Positions 24,421 to 37,119 of a stretch of 64,000 nucleotides of DNA are shown piece after piece. The translations under genes were made by a program, and so were the position numbers. Under the pieces are notes generated by a model. That model saw nothing but the letters and a program-made list of their open reading frames with translations. It had not been told where the DNA came from and ran no database searches. This stretch comes from Mobula hypostoma (taxonomy: Eukaryota), in the NCBI RefSeq assembly GCF_963921235.1, contig NC_086097.1, positions 22,942,001 to 23,006,000 of the forward strand. The letters are read 5' to 3'. How positions within the stretch are numbered: the first letter of the stretch is position 1; the number at the start of each line of letters is the position of its first letter.

Positions 24421-25342
24421 TGATGATATATAATTTTGTATCATTTTGAATAAATGTCAAACATCAATATATTTTTTTTAATAAATTAAAATTCTAGGTC
24501 TGGGTTATTTATACCTTTAAATCTATCTGAATAAAATTACGGTAAAATGGGTTTGAATTTGCCTGCCTTTGCTTTTGTTTTCCAATTAAAGTATAGTCAG
24601 TGTGTTACTGGATAGAATAAAACCATGATCATAGCTGCACACTGCCTCATCGTACTGCTTTCAGTATTTAGAAAAAAATAATAAATTTGTGTGTCTGTGA
24701 TGATGAAGTAAATATTTACAGAGGCTATTTTTACTATAAATAACATTCATTTAAAAGTTGCAAAAAATTTGGTTTATTAATGCACTTGTTTCATGAACAA
24801 TTAATCTATTCTTTGTGATGACAGAATATCTTAACTGTATAATCTGCATATAATTTTTTGTTTCTTCATACTTTAAGTTCCTGATTACAGAAGATAGCCT
24901 CAGTTGCTTTGATTATTTTTCCACGTTATGATCTTTCTCATTTAACGCAACACTAAATGAATAATTTTCGCCACATTGCAGTGTGCTGTTTTGCAAAGAT
25001 ATTGGGACAAATCTTGCTAGAACGAGGGTAACCTACATCGTGTCCTGTCTATTGGACTCATTCCTGCACCCTTCGATCATGCTGTCACTTGTTGGAGGTG
25101 TGACCTGAAAATAGTATAGCAAGGGTAATGGAGTATCTAGAATATAATTGAATATTGGAGCCAATGGTGTTGAAATGTTCTTTGAGAAACAAAGATGGAG
25201 AAGGAAGATAAGGTGAATTAGACCCACAGGTAGAGAAGAAGAAGAGATTGGAATTAAATGCTGAAAAAGACAAATGAAGCATGACAACGAACATTACAGA
25301 CTTAAATGAAAAACAAAATCTTCAACCATAATTTACAGTTTT

Positions 25343-25611
25343 TGGGTGGCACTGTAGCGTCATGGTTAGCACAACGCTTTACAATACAGGCAACCCAGGT
25401 TCAATTCCTGCTACTGCCTGTAAGGAGGTTGTACGTTCTCCATTGACTGCATGGGTTACCTCTGTGTGCTTTGGTTTCCTCCCACAGTCCAAAAACATAC
25501 CAGTTGGTAGGTTAGTTGGTCATTGTAAATTGCCCCATGATTGGGCTCATTCAGGGTTGCTGGGCGGTGTGGTTCAAAGGGCTGGAATGGTGTAAACGAT
25601 GCTGTATCCCA
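25343..25611 (+). mobile_element. V-SINE
   Basis: GGTGGCACTGTAGC...GGTTCAATTCC head and V domain. Confidence 0.85.
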
Positions 25612-25736
25612 ATAGATAGATAGATAGGTAGATAGATAAATGGATGGATGGATGGATGGATGGATAGATAAATGGATGGATGGATGGATGGATGGATAGA
25701 TAAATGGATGGATGGATGGATGGATGGATGAATGAA
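25612..25736. repeat. (AGAT)/(GGAT) microsatellite with ~32-bp higher-order unit
   Basis: AGATAAAT(GGAT)6-7 repeated three times at the SINE tail. Confidence 0.95.
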
Positions 25737-26279
25737 CTCCACAGATTGCTCTTCCTACTACTGACCTACAGGCGTGATATCAATGAAATTGAAAGAGCAG
25801 AGAGAGAAAATTGACAAGGATGTTACAGGACTTGTGTTATCTGGAAAGGTTGAATAAGTTAGGATTGTGCTGAAATCCTGGTCTAGGGCGATGTTTAATC
25901 AACACGGTTTGTGAATTGGACTCTGCAGTTCACATTATGATGCTTTTCTGGTTTTTGGTCGCTCCTTGGTTTGTTGCTATCTTGGCCATTTTTGATTGGG
26001 GAGGCCTACAGATGCAAACCACACAGCACTGGATTGAACAGAACTGAGCTGAACTGAATATGCCTAGACTCTTGTGTTCCATATTCTGTGTTTTTCACTC
26101 ACTATTACACCATTTGCACAATTTGAGGGTTTTTTTTTGCACATTGGTGGGTGGTTGATGGTTTTCTTTAAACAGGTTCCATGGTTTTCTTTGTTTCATG
26201 GCTGTCTGTAGGAAGTCAGATCTCAGAGTTGTATACTGCATGCATACTTTGATAATAAATGTACTTTGAATCTTTATTC

Positions 26280-26665
26280 TCCAGAATGCAGAAGATTGAC
26301 AGGTGATTTGATAGAGGTACACAAAGTTATAAAGGGCATGGATAGGCTAAATGCAAGCAGGCTTTTTCCACTGAGACCAAAACTAGAGGTTAAGGCTCAA
26401 GGGTGAAAGGTGAAATATTTAAGAGGAATCTGAGGGGATCTTCTACACTGCTAGGATAGTGCGAGTGTGGAATGAGCTGCCAATGGAAGTCGTAGGTGCG
26501 AGGTTGATTGCAACATTTAAGAGAAGTTTAGATAAATACATGAACGGGAGGGGTATGGCGAGCTACAGTCCATGTCCAGGTCTAGGTCAATGGGCAAGGC
26601 AGAATAACAGTTCAGCATGGACTAGATGAACTGAAGGGCCTTTTTCTATGCCATTTCTGTGCTGT
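26280..26665 (+). mobile_element. CR1 LINE 3' fragment
   Basis: RRLTGDLIEVHKVIKGMDR...RVWNELP motif and 3' tail. Confidence 0.8.
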
Positions 26666-27146
26666 TGGTTATAGATATCGATAATAATTATATTGACATT
26701 TCCATTATTCAGAAACATTAATAAAATCATAAAATTCTCAGCATACAGTGGATGGGGATGGATGGACAAGGTGAAATTATAGACAGCACATGAAATAACA
26801 GGTTATAAATAACCACCTTCTGCAAATTTTAAAAAGGAAGCAGATCTGGTGGAAATGACAGGAAAAATGAAATTGGAAGTGATGTCACCACAAAAAGAGC
26901 AATATTAAATGAACTAATCAAACTCACAGAGAACATAATACCTTGAGATGATGGACTGAATATGTATATATTAACATAAGCCAGCAAAGAGATAGCAAAG
27001 GTACCATTACACTTGTTTAATTATTTGATAGAAATAGGCTAATAGCTAGAGGATAGCCAACAGCTGAATATTGATGACAGGAAAAGTAATGGAATCTAAT
27101 TTGAAGAGACCAAAAATATAACAAAGTTAGCATAGTTTTCAAGTTT

Positions 27147-27640
27147 TAGACCATAAGACAGGAGCAGCAGTAGGGGATTTGGCCCATCGAGTCTAATCCA
27201 CTATTCCACCATGGCTGAGTTATTATCCTTCTCTCTACCCCATTCCCAAATCCTTTTACCGTAATCTTTGACACATTTACTAATGAAGAAACAGTCAACA
27301 TCTGCTTTAAATTCCTTCACTTCCACAGCTGCCCTTGGCATTGAAGTCCACAGATTCATCACTCTTTGGCTAAAGCAATTTCTCCTCATCTCTGCTGTAA
27401 AGGGATGCCCTTCTATTCTCGGTCAGTACCCTCTGATCCTAAACTCCTCCACTGTTGGAAACATCCTCTTCACATCCACTCTGCCTAGGCCTTTCAATAT
27501 TCAATAGGTTTTGATGAGATTCCCCCCCCCCCCACCACCCCATTCTTCCAAACTCCATCGAGTACAGGCCCAGAGCCATCAAATGCTCATCAGATGTTAG
27601 CCTTTTCATTCCTGGAATCATTCTTGTGGATCTTCTCCAG
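27147..27640 (-). mobile_element. CR1 LINE 3' fragment
   Basis: TRMIPGMK, MRRNCFSQRVMNLW, TCTTATGGTCT tail. Confidence 0.85.
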
Positions 27641-27869
27641 ATGCAATTTATCCAGGGTCTTGCAAAGACATCTGGTAAACTACCTCTCAATAGCAACACA
27701 CACAGTAGATTAATGGATTAAAAAGATAGATCCTCAATGGATTAAGGAAAAGGGTAAACATTGGTAAATTGGTTTATCATTTATTTGGTGATTAAGCTAG
27801 GGTTAAATCGGGGGGTTGCTGGACGGTTCGGCTCGAAGGACCAACTCTATGTATTATCTCAAAAAATAA

Positions 27870-28590
27870 ATCATTGTTACAGGTGCTGAGATACAGTGAA
27901 AAGCCTGTCTTGCATACTGGTCATACAGATTGATTCCTTACACTGTGCATTTGGGTTGTACAATGTAAACCACTAACTGAGTGCAGACCAAGGATAACAG
28001 ATATATAGAAATGCAGTGCAGGTAGACAACAGAATGCAAAGTCATAATGAGGTAGATTGTGAGGTCTGAGTCCATCTTACTGCATTGAATAGTTTTATAA
28101 CAGCAGGATAGAAGTTGTTCTTGAGCCTGGTGGTGCATGCTTTCAGGCTTCTGTACCTTCTGCTAGATGAGAGTGGGGAGATGAGAATATCTGGGGCCGG
28201 TGAGGCTTTTAATCATGTCACCTACTTTACTGAGGCAATGAGGTGTAGACAGAGTATGCGGAGCGAAGGCTGGTTTCCGTGATGTGCTAATCTGTGTTCA
28301 CAACTCTGTAGGTTCTTGTGCTCCCAGGCAGAGCAGTTGCCATACCAAGCCCTGATGCATCGAGATAGGATGCTTTCTGTGGTGCATCAGTAAAAATTGG
28401 TAAAGATCGACAGGGACAACGCCATATTTCTTAAGCCTACTAATAATTTTAGCCTCCTGAGGAAGTAGAGGCACTGGTAAACTTTGTTACCCGTGTGTCT
28501 ATGTGGTTGGACCACTACAGGCTATAGACCTCAGCATCACTGATGTAGATCAGCACCACTGATGTAGATGTGGACAGGAACACGTACAGC
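27870..28590 (-). mobile_element. Rex1/L2-like LINE 3' fragment
   Basis: LYFLRRL...FYXCTTESILS.CIRAWYGN motif; same family at 40500-41590, 57850-58190 and 60215-60790. Confidence 0.75.
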
Positions 28591-29177
28591 GCAAATGTGC
28601 TGCAGACGCTCTCTGCAAGGAGCTTGTACGTTCTCCCTGTGACCGCATGGTTTTCCTCCGGGTGTTTTGGTTTCCTTCCACGGTCCATAGACATACTGGT
28701 TGATCGGTTAATTAGTCATTGTACATTGTATTGTGATTAGGCCAGGGTTAAATTGGAAGATTGCTGGGCAGCGTGGCTCAAAGGGCCAATAGGGCTATTC
28801 CACATTGTATCTCAATCAATTGATAAATAAATAAATGGGGAGCTAGTTTGTTGCAAGGAAGTTGGGAACGTTTCTGCTGGAATGAAGATTGGAGTCCAAC
28901 AAGGACCTGTTCTGAGGAAACCTCAAGTAAAATTGAATTTCCCTGGAGCTGGAGGGGAAAATCACAGATCTGGGACAAACAAGTTTGTAAAAAGTTACTT
29001 ACACCCAGAAAAAAAAGCAATCAATAGAGACCCGCACAGGTCAAACCTTGGTGACCCTGTTTTTGGAAAGATGAGGTTAAACTCGAGAGAGTGCTGAAAA
29101 GATTTATGCAGATGATTCCAGGACTAGAGCGCCTGTGTTATAGGGAGAAATTAGACAGACTAGGTCATGCCATCAGG

Positions 29178-29857
29178 AAGGTGACACTTCACCTGTGAGT
29201 CTGTTGGGGTCATACTGCGTCCAGTGCTCTTGATATGGCCTCCTGTATATTGATGAGACCTGACGTAGATTGAGACACCATTTCGCCAAGCACCCTACAC
29301 TCCGTCCGTCAGAAGAAGTGGGGTCTCCCAGTGACCACCCATTTTAATTCAACTTCCCATTCCCATTCTGATTTGTCACTCCGTGGCCTCCTCTACTGTT
29401 GTGATGAGGCCACACTCAGGTTGGAGGAGAAACACCCTATATTCTGTCTCGGTAGCCTCCAACATCGATTTCTCAAACTTCCAGTAATGGCCCCCCCCCC
29501 GCCCACCATTCCCCATCCGCTTTTTCCTGTCTCACCTTATCTCCTTGCCTGCCCATCACCTCCCCCGGTGCTCCTCCCCCTTTTCTTTCTTCCATGGCCT
29601 TCTGTTCCCTTCTATCAGACTCCCCTTCTCCAGCCCTGTTTCTCTTTCACCAATCAACCTCCCAGCTCTTTACTTCATCCCTCCCCTCCCACCTATCACC
29701 TTGTGTTTCTCTCTCCCCTCCCTCACCTTTTAAATCTACTCCTCATCTTTTTTTCCTCCAGTCCTGCCGAAGGGTCTCGGCCCGAAACGTTGACTGTACT
29801 TTTTTTTCCATAGCTGCTGCCTGGCCTGCTGAGATCCTCCAGTATTTTGTGTGTGTT
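29178..29857 (+). mobile_element. PLE 3' fragment: GIY-YIG endonuclease remnant, 3' UTR and hammerhead (29759-29795)
   Basis: HFTCESVGVI..GLLYI.ET, HFNSTSHSHSD...RLEEKHPIF.LGSLQ; CAGTC-CTGCCGA...GAAAC-GTT-GACTG. Confidence 0.88.
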
Positions 29858-30968
29858 CCCGTCAGCATAAACTGCTATGTAAAGAGAAGCTATGCTCTTC
29901 AAAGTCCTTTCTTGCTTGGGTTGTCTGCAATCTCTCTTTGCCTGGACATTACGTTAACCTTGCCTGGCCACAATTACACACTGGAGAATGAGGGACAACC
30001 TTATAGCCAAGTTTAAAATTGAGAGGAGAAAATAAATTTTACTCAGACTTTGACTTTGACTTCTGATAAATCAGCAATTCCTGTGGTCAAGAAGCCATTC
30101 CTTCATAAATGAAATCAAAGCAAAGAGAACCCTTCCTTCATGAGTAGAGAGCCTCAATGATCTTCCTGATATTTAAATTTCAAAGTTCAAAGTACACTTA
30201 TTATCAAAGTCGGTATATATTACCACATACTACCTTGTGATTCACTTACTTGCAGGAATTTACAGGATAAATAAAATAATTAATAGAATTTATAACAAAA
30301 CTGTCCTTGAAAGTGAACGTGTGGATTGTAGAATCAGTGGTGACTGAAGTTATCCACTGCAGTTATGAGCCTGACGATTGTAGCATAATAAATTTTCTTG
30401 ATCCTGGTGGTGTGGGAGCTAAGGCTTTTGTACTTCCTGCCTGATGGTAGTAGCGAAAAGAGGGCCTAGTTTGCTTGGTGGGTGTCTTAGATGTTGAATG
30501 CTGCTTTCTTGTGGCAGGGATCCATGTAAATGTGTTCAATATTATGATTGACAACAAATTGGAAAGTTTGACATTGATTGGCTAAGTGGAATCACCCATT
30601 GGCTTAGAAGTTGTGTGTCTTTCTCATCTTGGGTCTTCAACCTGTGACAGAAGCTCAGGCTCGGCAGTCTGGGTGGAGGCCATCTGATATCCTTATGATG
30701 TCATGTCTTAGGAATAGGGTCTTCATGGACAGCCATATCTACTGCGAGGTTTACCCTCCTAACCCAAAGTCTGCAGTAGTGGAGTATTGACAGCAGGGCC
30801 GCGACTAAGGCACCCAGTTGAAAAGTTTCTTGGCAGCTTTGTATTGGAAAGAACACATCCCGATAGATGCAGCATTCTGTGTTGAGCTTTTGAAATCTAA
30901 ACTTGAGGCTCTGGTGTCTCTATAAAAAGCAAAAGTATAGTGTGATGTATTTTCACCTCTGTGTAAAG

Positions 30969-31048
30969 CAGGGGTTGCCAACCTTTTCTGTGCCATAGAC
31001 CAATACCATTAAGCAAGTGGTCCGAGCAGCCCAGGTTGGGAACCCCTG
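30969..31048. mobile_element. hAT (Charlie-like) MITE
   Basis: TIR CAGGGGTTGCCAACC / GGTTGGGAACCCCTG; other copies at 35755-35800, 39955-40193, 51856-51931 and 63421-63490. Confidence 0.75.
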
Positions 31049-31317
31049 ATTTAGACTTCTCCATCTCGGGCCCCCTGAGGATTTTTGTGTTCGGGTTTAT
31101 GTCAGTACAGGCGGATGCATCATTGTGTAAACGTGCGACATGATTAGGTGGTGTCTGATGCCCGAAAAATTGAGGCGCATGAGAATGGATTGCAATGGAA
31201 AGAGCCTGGCTCAGTTTCATGAATACTGTGATTTTCCCTTCATGAGATCTATTCCCAGTAAAATTAATTTTGGTTATTTAGTTCCTTTTAAATAAAAAGC
31301 ATCAAACATTCCAATAT

Positions 31318-32734
31318 AAACAACAGGAATTCTGCAGATGCTGGAAATTCAAGCAACACACATCAAAGTTGCTGGTGAACGCAGCAGGCCAAGCAGCATC
31401 TATAGGAAGAGGCGCAGTCGACGTTTCAGGCCGAGACCCTTCGTCAGGACTAACTGAAGGAAGAGTGAGTAAGGGATTTGAAAGTTGGATGGGGAGGGGG
31501 AGATCCAAAATGATAGGAGAAGACAGGAGGGGGAGGGATAGAGCCAAGAGCTGGACAGGTGATAGGCAAAAGGGGATACGAGAGGATCATGGGACAGGAG
31601 GTCCGGGAAGAAAGACAAGGGGGGGGGGACCCAGAGGATGGGCAAGAGGTATATTCAGAGGGACAGAGGGAGAAAAAGGAGAGTGAGAGAAAGAATGTGT
31701 GCATAAAAATAAGTAACAGATGGGGTACGAGGGGGAGGTGGGGCCTAGTGGAAGTTAGAGAAGTCGATGTTCATGCCATCAGGTTGGAGGCTACCCAGAC
31801 GGAATATAAGGTGTTATTCCTCCAACCTGAGTGTGGCTTCATCTTTACAGTAGAGGAGGCCGTGGACAGACATGTCAGAATGGGAATGGGATGTGGAATC
31901 CCTGAGATCCTGCTTTCTCCGGCGGACAGGGCGTAGATGTTCAGCAAAGCGGTCTCCCAGTCTGCGTCGGGTCTCACCAATATATAAAAGGCCACATCGG
32001 GACGCAGTATATCACCCCAGTCGACTCACAGGTGAAGTGTTGCCTCACCTGGAAGGACTGTTTGGGGCCCTGAATGGTGGTAAGGGAGGAAGTGTAAGGG
32101 CATGTGTAGCACTTGTTCCGCTTACACGGATAAGTGCCAGGATGGAGATCAGTGGGGAGGGATGGGGGGGACGAATGGACAAGGGAGTTGTGTAGGGAGC
32201 GATCCCTGCGGAATGCAGGGGGGGGGAGGGTAAGATGTGCTTAGTGGTGGGATCCCGTTGGAGGTCGCGGAAGTTACGGAGAATAATATATTGGACCCGG
32301 AGGCTGTTGGGGTGGTAGGTGAGGACCAGGGGAACCCTATTCCTAGTGGGGAGGCGGGAGGATGGAGTGAGAGCAGATGTACGTGAAATGGGGGAGATGC
32401 ATTTAAGAGCAGAGTTGATAGTGGAGGAAGGGAAGCCCCTTTCTTTAAAAAAGGAAGACATCTCCCTCGTCCTAGAATGAAAAGCCTCATCCTGAGAGCA
32501 GATGCGGCGGAGACGGAGGAATTGCGAGAAGGGGATGGCATTTTTGCAAGAGACAGGGTGAGAAGAGGAATAGTCCAGATAGCTGTGAGAGTCAGTAGGC
32601 TTATAGTAGACATCAGTGGATAAGCTGTCTCCAGAGACAGAGACAGAAAGATCTAGAAAGGGGAGGGAGGTGTCGGAAATGGACCAGGTAAACTTGAGGG
32701 CAGGGTGAAAGTTGGAGGCAAAGTTAATAAAGTC
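31318..32734 (-). mobile_element. Penelope-like element (Neptune-type), 5'-truncated: RT C-terminus, GIY-YIG, 3' UTR, hammerhead
   Basis: DFINFASNFHPALKFT..LPFLDL..VYYKPTD..SSHP..CKNAIPFSQFLRLRRICS; GVIYC..GLLYIGETRRRLGDRFAEH; perfect 13-bp TSD AACATTCCAATAT (31305-31317, 32735-32747); frameshifted. Confidence 0.93.
31416..31451 (-). ncRNA. Intact minimal type I hammerhead ribozyme in the PLE 3' UTR
   Basis: Minus strand AGTC-CTGACGA-AGGGTCTCGGCCT-GAAAC-GTC-GACT. Confidence 0.8.
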
Positions 32735-33021
32735 AACATTCCAATATCTTCAATATTGTTGGTTATCAAGTCTAATTTTATAATTTGCAGATGACATTAA
32801 GTTGGGACAAGCTGGACAATGGGATGTTTGATACAAAGGGAACTACAACAGTTTTCAAGAAGATATTAATATAATTGATAATGCAGTGATACATTTGCAA
32901 AGTAAGAATCAGAATGGGGTAAGGGAATCAAGAGCTCTTGGAGAGTAAGTACACAGAGTCACTCAGTAATGGTGTAGAATGGTGTAGGGATGAATTTGAA
33001 AAGGAGGAAAGTTATGCTGAA

Positions 33022-33245
33022 GACAACATTTCTGTTGTTGCTGGAAATCCAGAGCAATACATTAAATGCTGGAGGAACTCAGCAGGTCTGGCAGCACCTA
33101 TAGAGGGGAATAAATAGTTGACATTTCGGGCTGAGACCTTTCATCAGGGCTGGTGAAAGGTCTTGGCCTGAAGCGTTAACAGTTTATTCCCCTCCATGGA
33201 TGCTCCCTGACCTGCTGAGTTCCTCCAGCATTTTTATGTGTTGTA
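33022..33245. mobile_element. Palindromic PLE-end pair joined at the hammerhead cores
   Basis: ...CTTTCATCAG GG CTGGTGAAAG... centre at ~33148, ~90-bp inverted arms; probable TSD AA(G/C)TT(A/G)TGCTGAA. Confidence 0.8.
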
Positions 33246-34049
33246 AACTTGTGCTGAAATTCTTTTGGTCATTGTTTTGACTGTTTTGGGTATAGCTGTG
33301 GGATAGTTCTATTGAGAATCACTGTCCGTCCTTGCAATGAAATGAGTTCTCAAAAAATCTGAACTGGTGACTAATGATAGCCCACCCATGTATTTAAGCT
33401 TTTCAGGTTCATTATTTGTATTAAGTCACACATCTTGCAGCCTATTTAATCTTAATAAATGACTTATATTGATTGATTTTGTGCTGAGATTCCCCTTGTA
33501 AATATTAATGATTGCTAGTTGCAGGGACATGGGGTAGAATGTTGAGATCAAGTCACTTGGACAACTGTAATATTGATCTTCCTTTAATCTACTATAAAAT
33601 GGAGAAGTGTGTAACATGCTGGAACACAGCCAACCATCACATTGTGTTTCTAATCTTTGAACATTCTGGCAAGAGCGTCTCAGTGGGGCACACAGAACCG
33701 ACCTTCTATTTTCCAAAGAAAATTGTAGCTTGTTTGTACTTGCTTTTAGTTCCAGGTGTATAAGTCTTGGTAATAAAATACAGATATATCTCATCGTGAG
33801 GTGACATAATGCTCCTGAATAGAATTATTTGTCATAGCTGCAGGACCCTGAGGAGTTCTAATTGGTGCAAAATCTTTCTTGCATGGTAAGCTGTTCTGCT
33901 TCAAGTGCATGATGTCATTGAATGGGCCAGCCCGTTCAAATGAAAACTTTTTTTTTCATTCTCTGGATGTTAGTGTTCCTAGTAAGGATCTGGGCTTACT
34001 GAGATTCTTGAAAATCCACATTAGCTACAGGTCACTCATAATTTTTGGC

Positions 34050-34390
34050 AACAAAAAATCTACTGGAGGAACTCAGCAGGTTGATCATCATCCGTAGGAG
34101 GAAAGGAATTGTCAATCCTGATGAAGGACCTTGGCCCGAAACATCGACTGTTCATTCCTCTCCATAGGTACTTCCTGACCAGCTGTGTTGCTCCAGCATC
34201 TTGTGTGTGTTGCTCTGGATTTCCAGCCACTGCAGAATCTGTTATGTTAAGGAACTGCCAATGTTTTGAATCGAAACCATGTATCAGGATCTGAAGTACT
34301 GACAATTTCTTCCCCAGCACAGATGCTGCTCGACTGCTGAATTCCTCCCGCAGATTATTTGCTGCTCTTGATTCCTGCTTCTCCTGTCTC
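34050..34390. mobile_element. Nested PLE 3' ends (younger copy 34116-34245 inside an older inverted pair)
   Basis: TCCTGATGAAGGACCTTGGCCCGAAACATCGACTG plus tails in both orientations. Confidence 0.7.
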
Positions 34391-34416
34391 TTTTGTCTCT
34401 GGCTCAGAATTCGAGG

Positions 34417-34590
34417 CAGAATTCGAGGCCAGTGGTCCTGGATTCAAATCTGGCCGGATCCTTGCACGCTTTCTGGCGGTGCTGGGTTAAGCGTCGAGTA
34501 AGCAACTCGGCCTCGTAAAAAACAGGCAAATACTCAAGAAATGGCAAGGTTGCCCCCCGATGCGCCACAACGCGCGGAAAGGAACTAATT
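34417..34590 (+). mobile_element. Probable 5'-truncated tRNA-derived SINE
   Basis: GGATTCAAATC B-box-like motif, CpG-rich body, AGCAACTCGGCCTCGTAAAA motif. Confidence 0.5.
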
Positions 34591-36448
34591 AGCTCATTGT
34601 GACTTGTTTTTTTGAAAGTAAACATATGGGCCTGGATCTTGCCATTGGTTTCAAATTAAACTGATGGGAATTACCCATTTAAATGGAAGCTTTGAATAAG
34701 ACTTCATCGCAAGTGTGCAAAAGAAAATGTTGTTTTATCATTATTTACTTCAGTTTAAACTGTTTTAAAATTTTTTATTACTGTCAGAGACAGACAGTGA
34801 CTTTGAAGGTATGCGTAGCGTAGGTTTGACAGTTGGCAAAGCTGGGAGTTATATTTCCCTTTTTTATTGCTATTTTGTGCGATTTTGTTCGGGCCAGACT
34901 GGCACTGCAGTCAATGAGTGGCACAGCACCAAACTGAACTGAACTGAACTAAACTGAACATCCCTAGACTGTTTCAATGTCTCTGTGGCTTAATGTTTTA
35001 TATTCTGTTTTTCGCTCATTCTTTGCCCTTTGCGTGATTTTTTTCTTTTTTTTTTGCCCATTGGGTATTTGATGTTTTCTTGGAACGGGTTCCAAGGTGT
35101 TTCTTTGTTTCACGGCTGTCTGTGGGTGGACAAATCCCAGGGTTGTAGACTTTAATAATAAATGTACTTCGAATCTTTGAATCTATTGACAGGTGTTCAG
35201 TAGTGTAATAGAGGTGGCATTTTCTGATTGTGTTGTTGGTGACTCAGTCACTGCCCAGGCGACACCACCGGAAATTGGGATGCTCCAGATCTCTGACGTG
35301 AGTGCTTTGTATCCAGAATGGGTAGGTGTGAGAGTGGGACAACTGCAGGCATTGATAGGAGATAACAGACACAAAGTGCTGATGAAGAGTCTTGGCCCAT
35401 AACATTATCTGTTTATTACCCTCTATAGATTATGCCTGACCTTCTGAGTTTCTCCAGCACTTTGCATGTGTTTCTCTGGTTTCCAGCATCTGCAGAATCT
35501 CTTGTTGTTATTGACAGTTGACAGAAGCCTTGACCCATAATGTTCAGTCCATAGCTAGTTGATTAAACTCCCCATCTTTCATCATCATCAATATAAAGAC
35601 TTTTAGAGTCGTAGAGTATGAAGCACAGAATCAAATCATTTGGCCCATCTAGTCGATGTTGACTTGATCTTCTGCCTAGTCCCATCCATATGCACCCCGA
35701 CTATATCCCTCCAAACTCCTTTTATCCATCTACTGATCGAAGGTTCTCATAAAGCAGGGGTTCCCAACCTCCATGGCATAAGAAAAGTTGGGAACCCCTG
35801 ATTTAAATGCTATGTTTGATTCTGCATCCACCACGTCCGCTGACAGGTCATTCCACACTTACATCAACCAGCCTCTGAGTTGTAGTCTCACCCACCCTAA
35901 GCGGAACAAGCCTGTTTGCACTGCAGGTGTAAGTCAGTGGGACTTGGCAAAACATAAGTACGGCATGGACTAGATGGGCTGAAGGGCCTGTTTCCATGCT
36001 GTGGTGCTCTATGACTCTGACCTCTGAATCCCCTTGTGCGGGGCTTGCGTGCTGTCTGTGTGGTCCTGTAGATCTCTCCCCAAGTGTTCAGGCTTCCATC
36101 CACATCCCAAAGATCTACTGGTAGGTGAGAGGGCAGCTAAGGATTGCCCATGGTTTAAGTGAGTTGAAGAATCTATGGGAAATTCTTGGAAAGGATAAAA
36201 TGGTTTGAGTGTCAGCCCTGACTTATTGGGTCAAAGGACCATTTCTGTGTTGCACGACTTTAAGCCTACGCCAGTTTTTGAATTAAATTGGTAACTTTTG
36301 CTTCGTTTAACTGGGTAAATGAATTCCCAGAGTTTTCACATGTCAAGTGAAATGCCCATTACATATACGGTATAATTGATGTATTATTGGAGATATAAAT
36401 ACAAATTAGAAATTATTCAATACATGTGTAGGTGAAGAATAAAACGTA

Positions 36449-37025
36449 GGCTTCCATTGGTTGGGTTCGACCATGGATATTGCATCCTAGCTGTCTATGT
36501 GATACGCAAGCTGCTATGCGAATCAGAATAGTACAATCCCAAGAGCAAGCTGTTGCCCATGCAGCAGGCTGCCTCTCTCCATGTAGTCAATGAATCCAAA
36601 GAAACAGCAGAGACTGATACAGTTTGGCACCAGTGGTGTCGCAGGAGTTAACAGTCAATGTTGGACTGACTGAGGGTCTCCAGCTTCGGATCTTCCGAGT
36701 TTACTCCTGAAGCCTTTCCCATGAATGGGTATAGGCACAAGGCAGCGGAGTTTTGAGATCAGGGTGTTCTTCTCCAGGGTGAGATGTCAATTATGGCTGA
36801 CGAGCCCTATCTGCTCAAAGTGACTGGTTTTAAGGCACCAGATACCCACCTTTGCCCCTTCTCCGTTCAGTAGAAACAGTTCTACTGGGCTTAGTAGCTA
36901 AGCCACACTTGAAGGCCAGGAGCCGGTCTTGGTTGTCAAAGGCTATTTGAGACACAACCATTGGGAGCATTTAATAGGTAGTGGCAGCTTATCCTCACTA
37001 CCTCCCTCAGCTATGACAACTTTAA
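36449..37025 (-). mobile_element. Unclassified non-autonomous retroelement sharing sequence with the SINE at 8623-8946
   Basis: GTTGCCCATGC.GCA.GG and TTGGCACCAGTG..GTCGCAG shared with 8730-8830. Confidence 0.5.
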
Positions 37026-37119
37026 GGAAATGAAGAAGAATAAAATATGACTGTGAGATAAGATTAAATATTTTGAAGATAGTTAGCGAGGTAAATTATA
37101 GGTAGAGGCTACAGCTACC

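Noticed and set aside
25343..25420. tRNA-like sequences here and at 8870-8946 and 50862-50940
   Set aside because: SINE heads: A and B boxes run into V or CORE domains and form no cloverleaf
25551..25742. IHPS-repeat ORF
   Set aside because: Translation of the GGAT microsatellite
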